A DNA stretch of 64,000 bases from Nageia nagi (taxonomy: Eukaryota > Plantae > Pinophyta), in the NCBI GenBank assembly GCA_050084985.1, contig JBITNC010000001.1, positions 75,330,001 to 75,394,000 of the forward strand, in the 5' to 3' direction. Below the pieces are notes generated by a model that had not been told where the DNA came from, did no database searches, and saw nothing but the letters and a program-made list of their open reading frames with translations. This document shows, piece after piece, positions 52,329 to 64,000 of the stretch. The first letter of the stretch is position 1. Each line of letters opens with the position of its first letter. The position numbers and the translations under genes were made by a program.

Positions 52329-52333
52329 CCCGC
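52267..52333 (-). pseudogene. tRNA-Phe(GAA) pseudogene with 6-nt T-arm deletion
   Basis: GCGGGGATAGCTCAGTTGGGAGAGCGTCAGACTGAAGATCTGAAGATCGCG^ATCCATTCTCACCGCA. Matches plant nuclear tRNA-Phe through the anticodon arm but lacks TGTTCG. Oligo-T lies downstream. Confidence 0.9.
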
Positions 52334-52359
52334 TACATTCTGTAAGCTGAAACAACTAT

Positions 52360-52810
52360 TTAACTTTTACTTTAATATTTATTGATTTATTTACTAGTTT
52401 ATATATAGATACAAATTTGTAAGATTTTTAGAACTTCAAGATTAATATACGAAAATATTTATTGAGGTTTTGTTTAATGTTTATTAATTTATTTAGTCGT
52501 TTATATATAGATATAACATTTTAAGATCTTTTGAGAATTTCAAGAGTGTTATACAAAAATGTTTTTAATCTAGAATATATATTGAGGGTTTAATTTAATG
52601 TTTATTAATTTATTTACTAATTTATATCTAGATATAATTTTTTTAACATCTGTCAAGAATCTTAAGAGTAATATATGAAAATATTTTTAAAATAGAATAT
52701 TTATTGAGATTTTACTTTAATGTTTATTAATTTATTTTCTACTTTATATATAGATATATCTTTTTAAGATCTTTCAAAGAATTTCAAGTGTAATATAAAA
52801 AAATCTACTA
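52360..52810 (+). repeat. AT-rich tandem repeat, ~105-120-bp unit, about 4 copies
   Basis: Recurrent TTTAATGTTTATTAATTTATTT..TTTATATATAGATA..TAAGATCTTT..TTCAAGAG. Confidence 0.75.
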
Positions 52811-55092
52811 ATATAGTATATTATGATAATGAAAGGAAAAATAATATAAAAGCAAATATATTTAAAGTAAGAGTTGAAGAATGAGAGATGCATTTAACAT
52901 TTATTAATTTAGAAAATCTCAGGTGTAGATTAATATAGGAAATTATGTGACAAGATGTAAATGATACTAAATAACATTGATCACAGTCTATAGATCAATT
53001 TTCAAGATAGATCATTTATGATTTTTCACCCATGTTGAATTATGATTTCAAGATGTCGTTTGGTATAAAAAAATCATCACTCCAAGTTGGTGAGGAGGGA
53101 AATACATGAAACTTAGGCAATCATACAAGCAACTAGTACACATGGCAGCCATTGGTTGGTGACGTCTAGTCGACTCGCTCATGTGAACCCCCACGAAATG
53201 TGAAGCCTTTTACTTATTGAAACATCCCTATGCAAGCCCATTCTCAACATAGAGTGTGGAAGAAGAGAAAAGAGAATTTAAACAGGAGAAGATTTAGTGC
53301 AAATTGAGCCTTTAATGTTCAAGATTGACCCAAAGGTTATTCCACTTATGCAGAAGTAAGGTTCTTGGAATTCTTTAAGAAATTTATGGGATTTGATGAA
53401 GGTATTGTTAACTCAAATAGTGCAATCTAGATATGAGCTTGCTAATAGGGGTACATAATTTAGGCAACAGAGTTCATGAATGAATATAGTGGTGGGATAG
53501 TGCGCTCGTGAGTGGATGTCTTTGTTCAATATCCAGAGAAGGTAGATTCCTTATATTTTCAAGGTTAAGAGTGTGAGAGATTTAATAAAAATGCAAGAAG
53601 TAAAATAATTAAAAGGAATGTAAGGAAGCAAATTACAAGAAAGTTAATGTAGAGGAAGCACCACAATAAAGTTTACGATCCAACTAGGCATCGAGAAATA
53701 AAAAGAAGGTTTGGTTCGAGCTTAGGGTCATCTAAATCACATCTCATAACCTCAAATTATACAATATTTATGCAAAATCCTTGAAGAAGATAGTACCAAC
53801 AACCTCAAACTTGTAAAAGGGAAAAAAATATTGAACCAAACTTGAATGTATATGAATGTAACCAAATAAGGGAAACAATGCTAAAGAGTCTAACCTGTTT
53901 GACCTCTTGGATCAAATAATTTATACTAATCAATCAACCTAGCACCTTGATTATCCACTACCAGTTTATCATTTAAGATCTACAATTAGTTTCCTAGCTA
54001 TTTATTAAGCTACATTAAGCCTTTGAATTTGGCTTGATCAAAATGGATTGTTACAGGTAATAATATTTGGGAAAATTGATCCTTCAATATTGAATAAAGT
54101 TGAGTTCCACTGATCACTGAGTTGGTGCTTTTATAACTCATGGTACTTTTCTAATATTTAGGATGGTGTTCTTCATGCAGTCGATGGATCTCCAAGTTCT
54201 TTGGGCAAATATCATTAGATGTTGGATTCACTGAGGCATCCTTACTACATGGAAAATTAAGAGTTGAATTCATCATGTAGAAGGTTGGTTGAGGTATAGA
54301 TAAGAAGTTTATATCATCACTTTACACATGGAATGAATGTGCTAGTATTGATATGGGCCAAGCTTATCATAGTTAGTTTTAATTATATTCCAATTCAATC
54401 TCACCACATGGATTAGATGTATCTATGTTGACAGATGAGAGAACTTTTGGGTATGTAAATTTCACAATATTAGTTTTCTAGTTGAAGTATGAATTACTTG
54501 CAATGTTATGTTTTCTACCTAAGCTTTCTCATAGAAAAATTGATGTGAACATGAAAATGTTCAGGAATCAGATATAAGATCTATGTAGCATTTTGTTTCC
54601 TACCTGGATTTTTCTTGTTGAAAAGCTAACATCATCTCAAAAAATGTTCAGGCCTCACATAAAACTCCTTTTTACTTAGAAAATTCATAAGAATGAAATT
54701 AATTAAGCTGAGAAGGCTTGGGAAACCCTTTAAATGAGAAAGTGGAAGAAGAAGGGAATTCAAGGTAGAAAAGGAAAATAGAAGAAGGGAAAGCAAGAGA
54801 GAAAATGAAAATAGAAATGAAAAAATAGATGTGAAAATAGGCAAAGAATATATAGTAAAAAATAATAGTGGAATTACTAACATGTATATCACATTAGGTT
54901 GCCAACTCCTAGGAGGATGGCTATGTAAAGGTGAATGATCTTATTTTTACCATTTTAATGTAGTTGATATTGTAAGTCTTAAGGGTTTCCTCATGATAGT
55001 GAAATGATTCTGCAAGAGAAAACCAATTAGGCAAATGATCCAAAATGGATCATGTGTTTTAAGATAAAACATCATCGATTTTACAGCCTAAC

Positions 55093-55780
55093 ATTCAATG
55101 TTGAGGGTATTTTTTAGGGTGCAACATACCTTGTGTTGATGACATTGACTTATGAGTGCAATATTCAGTGTTGAAGGAGCTTGCTGAAGTATAATATACC
55201 TTATGCTAATATCATCAACTCAATAATGTAGCATTTAGTGTTGAAGGAGCTTATCGAAGTATAACATACCTTGTGCTAAAATCATAAACTTTGTATTTTA
55301 ACATTTAGTGTTGAAGATGGAGCTTTTCAGAATGCAACATACCTTATGTTGACATCATTGATTTAACGAAATGGCATTCAGTGTTGAAGGAGCTTACCAA
55401 AGTGCAATATATCTTATGCTAACATCATCAACTTTACCATATGATATTCAATGTTGAAGGAGCTTATCGAAGTGTATCATACCTTATGCTAACATTGTCA
55501 ACTTTATGGTATAACATTCAATGTTGAAGTAGCTTATTGAAGTGCGATATACCTTATGTTGACATCTTCAAATTTATGGTTTGATGTTGAATGTTGAAGG
55601 AGCTTGTTGAAGTGTGAAATACCTTATGGTGACATCATTAAATTTATGATCCAATGTTATGTGTTGAAGGAGCTTGCAAAAGTGTTGCATACCTTATGTT
55701 AATTTTATTGTCTTAGCGATGAGATGTATAGTGTTTTAGAGGCTTGCTAGAGTATGAGAAACTTGGTGTTTATATCATTA
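55093..55780 (+). repeat. 70-bp minisatellite, about 10 copies
   Basis: (G/A)TGTTGAAG anchor at 55168, 55238, 55308, 55381, 55451, 55521, 55591 and 55661, with weaker copies at either end. Confidence 0.9.
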
Positions 55781-58759
55781 GTTTGAAGGCATGACATCAT
55801 TATTTTTTACCTGACCTTACAAGTAAAGGAATAACATCATTAGTTAAAATGAAACATAATTAATGAAGATTTGAAGACCATTGATATTCACCTTAAAACT
55901 ATTGTAATTGCCCATGCACATGTCCAAGGTAAGTTGAGGAGATTTGACGTATTGTAGAGTTAGTTAAAAAATTTGATTAGTCATTGGAAGTCCAAGGGGA
56001 ATCCATTTAGCTATAAGGATTTTGGGAAGCTTCATTGATGAAGATCAAAGGAGATTTTATTGTAGCTCTTAATTTGGAGAGAGAGGAAGAAGAGGTGGCC
56101 TTTACTGTAGGTAGGATGCTACCATTATTGGAGAAAATGTTGGCCATAAATACTGAGGTCTTGTATTCCATGGAGGGATTGTTTCTAACATAGTGATCAT
56201 AGTTTGTTTGGTAGAACATGGATTCATGGGATTTTTTTTCTTTTCTATTATCAATTTCTCTTAGGAAGATTTATAGAATTACCAAGAGATATGCAATACC
56301 ATTGGTAGAGTATGGAGATGCTAGTGTAATACTTAGACATTTGGCAGAAAAAAAAAGACTCTATAGGAACCCATGTACATTGTTGTGGTTATTACTGATA
56401 GTGGATACATATGTTACTATTATTGGTGGGTGGAAGTCTAAGTATGGTCGTGTGGAAATTCCTTATGCTATTTTATTCATTATTATGGAATAGGATAGTG
56501 AATGTATGTTAAGATAAGATCATTTGGTGTGACTATGGTAACCATATCAAGGGCGAGCATGTTAGGTATGGCATACTTAGTATCATGTTATCTTAATAAA
56601 GAATTGTAATCCAAAGTGAGATTTTTTACCAAATATATTCATGATGGAATGTGATTGATTATTCATTTTGTATCTAGTATTGTTATTTTCTCATGATGAG
56701 AGAAATGTCAACACTCATGTCAACGTTAGTGTTGTGATTTATGGGAAATTTTATTTCTAAACTATGAGGGATGGTGGTTCCAAAAGTGAGGAGTATCTTC
56801 AACATATATGGAGAGATTTTGATGTATTTTGTAGCCTATTTTTATCTCTTATATGATGTTATTGAAAGATATTTTAAGGTTGTAGATGAGATTTATTGAT
56901 GTACTTGAGCTTGAAGGCCTTGAGAGAAGTTTTAGACATGTGTATGCTTGATTAAGAGGCTTCAAGAAGGGTGGTAGACTTGATATAGTTTGGTTGATGT
57001 TATGATTGTTATATGATTTTATCTTATATTTAAAAATAAATCCATTATCTTGTTGAGAGCTTGATGAGGGAATTTTTGTTTCCAAGTTAGAGGAGATGTA
57101 TCATTGTTTGAAGAATTGAATTCTCATTGAATCCATTATCATTATAATGTTATTTTAACCCATGTATTAATCAAAGAACAAGATTTGATATGTTGGACTA
57201 GCCCACATTGTGTGAACTAGGAAAAATATATATATATTCCATTTTATGTGTGTGCATTTCTTTTATTGATTTTGTTCAAGTTTGAGAATCAATAATATTA
57301 TCACATGTTTGTTGGAATGTATTTTTCTTATTGTATGAGATTGTTGGGTTTTTTATTGCATTTCATAATTAGTTGGTCATACAACAAGTAATTAAGAGCA
57401 TGAATTTATTTATCAATCAGAATATTTAGTTGAAAGTGAATATGGTTGTGAAGTTGAATTCATGTTAATGGGAAAATGGAAGTTTCAAGAAATCTATATT
57501 TGAAGATTTGTATATGCTATAAGCATCTAGTGATTACAAATCAACATAATAGTTAACAAAATTTCTCAAGGAAAATGAATTATTTTATTGGATTCAATCT
57601 ATCATATCACAAGAATCCCTTCTTAAGCCTTGGGTAAAAATTGCAATGTTGGTTATGCCTTATTTCATGCTATAAGTGAGGTTCATAAGGATATTTGGTT
57701 ATCATTTTTTCATTCTCAACATTCCCCTTTTTCTCTATAGATATTTGGAGAAGTCTATTCGAATGGTCAATATGGTCAAGAGTAAATTACATCTCCACCA
57801 CCAACTCTTGAAGTTGATAACAATACATATGGTGAAAAAATCAAGCATTAAGACTATCAAGAATACTCCTTGCAAGAGTGACCTTCCAATCACAAAGGTA
57901 TAATTACTCCTGGTGGCCTACAAGAAAAAGTTAGAAAAATGAAAAAAAGTGGAAAAACCTTCACTAGATTGTAAATAGCATTTGACTTCACAAGATAAAG
58001 AGCTAGCCCTAATATACGATAAGAAAGGCAAGCGAAAGGCTCAAATGGTTAAAGAAAGAAACTTAGTAAAAGCCAATAGGCATTCTTGTAGCTTTAAGAT
58101 TTCAATAAAAAGTAAATGATTAAATATTTTTAATACCCCTTTGAGAAGAATGAAGATTCCAAGGAGGATAAGTTCTTCAAGGTTGGTAAGCCTAGCCTTA
58201 AGAAAGAACAACCAAAGTCCCCTATACAACAAAAAAGGTAGTAATAGAGGCAATAGTGATAGAAGAGGTAAATATGAATTTAAAAATAATGAATGGGTTG
58301 TCTTATACCTTGGTTAGTACAATGGTATTTCTCAATCTTTTGGCCAATAAAATGGCCCAATATATGCATCTATCTTGAAATTTGTTGAAGGAAATGGGGT
58401 TCCAGGAGACCTAGGAAATGCTTCAAGAATATAACAAAGAATTGTATCTCTTTTGGATTATTATTATTATTATTCTATTATAAGCACTATTTTATTTATG
58501 TCTAGTTAGTATTGCATACTCTTAAGGAGTAATCTTTTTTGTAATGATGATCTCAAACAAACTAAAAATTGAAATGAATACCTTAAATCCAACCTATTTT
58601 GTACATGTTTTAGGATCCTAAAAACCTCCAAGATTAATATAAAAAATAATAATTAAAATTAATAATTTAGACAAAAAATAGTTGATATATAAAATATCAA
58701 TATTGTTATTTTAGGTGTTTATATTTTAGCCTTGTTAAGATATGTGGTATGGAGTATGC

Positions 58760-59087
58760 AATGGAATGTATCTTAAGAAAAGAACAAGTGATAAGGGTGG
58801 TAATAAAATAACATGGAGGCATGTGATTCCTCTTTAAGGCAAGGAGAAAAAATATATTCTCTTTTAGAGTGATGTTATAACCCTTTGTTCTCTAGATCTT
58901 GATATTAATTTCCTTAAAATGGAGAAAACCCCTAAAGGATGATCTTTTTGGAATTGATTGGTTAAGGTAAGATCAATTCTTTGTAAAAAAATATCTTGGA
59001 GATTAGGTAATGAGAAGAAGATATAGTTTTAGGGTGATGCATGGATTAGAAATATGCCCATCCATCAGGAAGAAGGAATGAATGCCT
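58760..59087 (+). pseudogene. L1-type LINE ORF2 relic (post-RT region)
   Basis: Degenerate WRLGNEKKI*F*GDAWI, resembling the W.IGNG..IRFW.D.W motif. Truncated by the Copia LTR. Confidence 0.5.
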
Positions 59088-61869
59088 TGTTAGAATTTGT
59101 AATGTAATATTGTGTAATATTTTTCCTTAATGTAAATTCATTTAATGCTTAAAGTATTTTTAGATACCTTAAAGCATTAAAGGAATAAAAATAGGTAAGG
59201 GATTAAATATAGAAAATGGATTAAATATAAAATAGATTTCTTCTTATAAATAGAGAAGAACCCCCCCTCTCGTATTGTACAATTGTTACGCAAGCTTTGC
59301 TATAGGTTTAAAGTTTGAGAGAAAGAGAAGAGATTTTGTAAGAGAGGTCCTTGAGAATAAGAAGATCTTAGTTAGTGGACGTACTCTTAAGGAGGGAGAA
59401 ACACTTTATATCTTATGTTATTTGTGAGATTGGCTTGAGTTATTGTGCTATTGTGTTGATGTTGTAAGTGCCTTCTTGAGATCTTGGAAGATTAGAAGTT
59501 AATTTAGAAAGGGTTAATTTCATAAAGTGGTATCAGAGCTTTATTTGGAGGCTCCTCTTCAACATCTTGGAAGGACATTACTTTTCTTTCTCCATATACT
59601 TTATTGAGGTAAAAAGGCTTGAAGGTATAATCTCTCTCCTACCATGTTCATTGTCAAAATTTGCTTTTATTACTAACCATTTTGGTTCCTTGATTATAAA
59701 TTTTTTTAGCAAAATTTATTCAAAGTAGATATTATTACCATATTTTTAGTTATATTAACATGTTAGTTCAATTTTTTATGCTATTGCTATGCATTACTTC
59801 TTACTAACAATAGTTTGTTAGTTGCAATTTTATTTTAAGTAAAATTGCTTAATGTGTAGCAATAATATGGTTTGAGTAAATTTACTTAAATTTAGCAATA
59901 ATGAGCTATTACAACTTAAATTTATAAGTATCTACTTAGTGTAGAAATGGTTAAAAGTTTTGCAAATTATTTTTATAATGCTATTATTGCAGTTTGTTTT
60001 TTACAATATCTAATATGTATATATATATATATATATATAATTTTTTATAAACTATATTTTTTTACAATTTTTATTAAACTGTATTTTTTATAGTTTTTCA
60101 TATATATAAAATTGTATTTTTTTTAAAGTTTTTTTATTATTAAAGTTTTTTAAATTTTTTTATTAAAAAAAATCCCAAACCCCATGCTTGATACGTAGCC
60201 AAAGGGCTCATGATCCGCTTAGGATGGCACAAGATGCCCAACGGCTTGTAGCCCCCCTGGGGTGCAACCCCTTTGTTCTTAATTTTTTTAAAGTTTTTTT
60301 AATAAAATATATACATATTTAAAAAAAGGGGTACATTTTTTAATGTGTTGTTTTTGTTTTTAATAAAAAAAGAAGAGGATTTTTTTTTAGCTTTTTTAAG
60401 CATTTAAAAAAAATTATTAGCTTTTTTTAAGTTATTTTTTTGAAAAAAAGGTGAATCTTGCTTTTTTAAAAAGAGGGATTATTTTTTTTTAAGTTTGAAC
60501 TATAAGCTGCATTAATTTCCATTTATAGCCTAGAATATTTTTTGGCTAATTTTTTATAGGCAATTTTTTAAGGCTAATATTTCTTTATTTGCTAAGATTA
60601 TCTTTTTAACTTAGTGCAAATTATAATGAGGGATTTTATTAGTCATGCATTTAAGATAAAAAGGGGGAATTTTTTATAAATGCATGGTTAATATTTTGTC
60701 TTAATGCATGATACATACATGTGGATGGATAAAATTTATTTTTGCATGGTTTAATATTTTATCCTAATGCATGATTATTGCTATGTGGATAAAATTTAAA
60801 TTGCATGGATTTTTTTCCTAGGGCATGTGTATGGATAGAGTTCTCTTAAATCTTTTTTGCCTATGAATTTCTTAATGACAAATTACAAATGAAGAATTTT
60901 TTTTAAGTACATTTTTAAAGTAACAAGGGGGAGAATTCCTCAAATTTTTAATGAACCTTTGTATAAAGATCCATTAGCGATTGTAACAAAACCCATTGGA
61001 CTCTTAGGTTCATTTGTTATTACTTAAAATTAATGAACCTTTGTAAAGAGATTAGACTCTTTGGTTCATTCTTATGGATGATGTTGGATGTAGTTTCATG
61101 TTTAAAGCATTTTATTATTTTGCACTTTTACTGTATATATACAAAGTATGTAAATATTAAAAATTGCTTCCCCTAAAATGAACACATTTGCATGTTTATT
61201 TCGTAACATGACTTGTTTAGAGAGCCATGAGGTGAGGATAAGGTAGATTGAAGCCTTTTAATTCAATGATCTAAGTGGTGACAAGTTCATACTTTGTAAT
61301 TGCCTCTAAATCCTCTATTGGTATAGATTTAACTCTATATAGGTGGACAGGCATGTGTGTAGTGATACCACATGTCCGTCCATCCATTTAAGGATTATCT
61401 TAATAACCTAGGGGGAGAATTAAAAACTTAATCAAGATAATTAATTTGGTCAATCCAACATATGTTACAACCTTGAAAAATATCTAGTACTTCTCCCTAT
61501 GAGAGTATATTACTTTTCAAGGTGAACTGGTTGAGGATTGATCAGACTTGGGCTTCTTGCAGGCATCTAAGTGAAGGCCTAATGGTAAACAAAAAATAAC
61601 CTCAACTATACTCTCCCCCAAGTGATATTTGTTGATGATAAAATATTGGATATATGGATATCTAAATATTTTCATGTTGATTATCTTTACTCATGTAAAG
61701 ATTAAGTTTGCAATAACGATGTAAATATTTTGTACAAATGATCATTTTTTAATGGATTGTGATGAAAAGGTGCACATAAGTTTATATAATTATGAATTTT
61801 TTTCTTGTCTCCTTGGTTGGATGAAAATTTTTGCTAAATAATGATAGTGCATTTGTTGATATCCTTGGT

Positions 61870-62480
61870 TAAAATTTAATGGAGTAGTTAAAAGGTTTGC
61901 CCTTCTTTGTAGTTGTAAATTTTTGATGGAGTAGTTAAAAGGTTCTCCCTTCTCCATAGTTGCAAAATTTGATGGAGTGGTTAAAAAGGTTTACCCTTGT
62001 CCATAGTTGCAAAATTTGATAAAGTGGTTAAAAAAGTTTACCCTTCTCCATGGTTAAAAATTTTGATGGACTAGTTAAAAGATTTTCCCTTCTCCATAGT
62101 TGCAAATTTTTGATGGAGTATTTAAAAGGTTTGCCTTTCTCCATAGTTGCAAAATTTGATGGAGTGGTTAAAAAGATTCACCATTCTCCATGGTTGAAAA
62201 CTTAATGGAGTAGTTAAAAGGTTCTCCCTTCTCCATAGTTGCAAATTTTGATGGAGTAGTTAAAAGATTCACCCTTCTCCATAGTTGAAAATTTGATAAA
62301 GTGGTTAAAAAGGTTCATCCTTCTCCATGGTTGAAAATTTGATGGATTAGTTAAAAGGTTCACCTTTCTCCATAGTTGCAAATTTTTATGGAGTAGTTAA
62401 AAGGTTCACCCTTCTCCATAGTTGAAAATTTGATGGAGTGGTTAAAAAGGTTCACCCTTCTCCATAATTGAAAAGGTTCA
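61870..62480 (+). repeat. 46-47-bp tandem repeat, about 13 copies, inside the Copia element
   Basis: Unit TGATGGAGTAGTTAAAAGGTTCACCCTTCTCCATAGTTGCAAAATT. Confidence 0.92.
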
Positions 62481-63059
62481 TCTTATGCCACTTCCATTAG
62501 TAGGAAGTTTATCCATTATAGATAAATGCCAATTTACTTCCATTACTGGGAAGTGTATTTACCAATTGATGGAATTTGAATCCTTGTTAATGGATTAATG
62601 CTACCTTCATCCATCATTTGCATTCTTGACTAGTAGCATGGTCAAGTTGGTATTATTTACAATTTGTACATCTTTATAGAAAAGTTGACTTATGGCTTTC
62701 TATAGTTAAGATGTCATGGTCAAGTAAATCTTATCTTGTGGGATATTAAATAAGGCATTTGTTTGAAGGCTTTTGTATAGCTTATAATCTTTTGATCAAA
62801 ATACCTAAGTGATTGATTTATATATTTAAAACTTCCATCATGAATGGTGCATTAGTTGTTAGAGACAACACAATGACTATGAGTTTGGAAGTTGCTAAAG
62901 GTAATTTATTTGACCTTTCTAAAAATGTGCTTAAACATATTTTATATAAATAATTTCTTATGATAGCTTATATATTTAAAAATATCGGGAAACAATTTCA
63001 ACTAAACCTTTTCATCTTATGCATTCATATTTGATAGGTCTATTTTTGACTAAGTCACT

Positions 63060-64000
63060 TAAGGTAGCATCTTATGTCTTGACCTTCATCAATGAATTCA
63101 ATAGGATGATATTTGGTTATCTTATAAAATAAAAGGATCAAACCTTTGATAGGTTCAAATATTTCAACGCTTTAGTAGAAAATTAGTTTGGATTCAAAAT
63201 CATGATGTTGAGATCTGATAATGGAGGTGAGTATAATAGCAATAAATTTAATGATTATTATACTAAGTATGGAATCAAGAGGTAATTTTCAATCCCTTAC
63301 ACTCCTTAGCAAAATGATGTAGCCAAAATAAAGAATAGAACCATTTAGAAAATGGTAAGATATATGTTGGGAGATATTCCTAGATTATTATGAGGTGAAG
63401 CTGTAAATATTATAATCTACATCTTAAATAGATGTCCTATGAAAGCCATTGAAGTTTAAAATCCATATGAGGCATGAACATGAAAGAAACCTAACATATC
63501 TTAGTTTAAGGTCTTTGGCTGTGATGCTTATGCCTTTATTGTTCATGAGAAAAGGAAAAAATATAAGAGATTCAAAAAGTATATTTTTGTGAACTATGAT
63601 AATCAACGTAGAGGCTACAGGCTATACCAGCCTTCCTCCAAAGTAGTCTTTATGTAAAGGGATGTAAATTTTAATAAATTTCTTATAGAATCTGCTTCTT
63701 GTGAGAACCTATATGAGGGTGAAAATTCTTCTGTTGTACCTAAGTGGATCGATGTCAGTGTGGATATGCCACCTAAGGAATACAACTCTCCAACACAAAG
63801 GATAACTAGAAGTATGACCATTAATAAATCCTTATTTACCAAAATTGATAGCAAGAATGAACCCTCATTCTTCAAGGAAACTTCAAAGCACGAGTGTTGA
63901 ATGAATGCAATGAATGTGGAGTATGAGGCTCTAATGAAGAATCAAAGTTGGAATTTGGTTCCTTATCCCAATAAACGAAATGTGATTAGTAATAAATAGA
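63060..64000 (+). pseudogene. Copia integrase core and start of reverse transcriptase, with many stops
   Basis: YVLTFINEF..LRSDNGGEY..PYTP*QNDVAKIKNRTI..LNRCP..FKVFGCDAY..EPSFFKE..AMNVEYEALMKNQSWNLVPYP. Integrase precedes RT, the Copia order. Confidence 0.9.

Larger units (their letters stand above)
59088..64000 (+). mobile_element. Degenerate Ty1/Copia retrotransposon, continuing beyond the window
   Basis: Putative 5' LTR at 59088-~59524 (starts TGTTAG, TATA CTTATAAATAG). PBS TGGTATCAGAGC at 59528-59539. Integrase then RT start near the window end. Confidence 0.85.

Noticed and set aside
47500-58700. Numerous 60-140 aa ORFs in the track
   Set aside because: Low-complexity or antisense frames in AT-rich and decayed TE sequence, with no recognisable domains or splice structure.

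Overview
AT-rich, repeat-dense plant nuclear DNA. A conifer/gymnosperm origin is inferred from the giant introns and TE types. One host gene is supported: a NusG-family pTAC13-like gene on the + strand, with 4 exons join(5642..6061,37250..37428,46359..47118,47361..47438), about 478 aa, and introns of 31.2 kb, 8.9 kb and 0.24 kb. Intron 1 holds a complete non-autonomous LTR element (9083-18167, minus strand, TSD TGGGT). Its internal region is a frameshifted chimeric ORF built from intronless host-gene fragments (inositol polyphosphate 5-phosphatase + C2, and a CSI1-like ARM repeat). Its 5' LTR is interrupted by a 3-kb rearranged endogenous caulimovirid segment: two convergent 30K movement-protein copies that form a ~780-bp inverted repeat, two opposed tRNA-Met PBS sites and a viral-type TATA box. 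The window also contains a CACTA right end with telomere-like repeats, nested solo LTRs carrying arrays of palindromic motifs and a 79-bp near-perfect hairpin, a TRIM-like element with TSD, LINE relics, a tRNA-Phe pseudogene, minisatellites and a degenerate Copia element running off the right end. All homology calls are from motif recognition by eye, not database searches.
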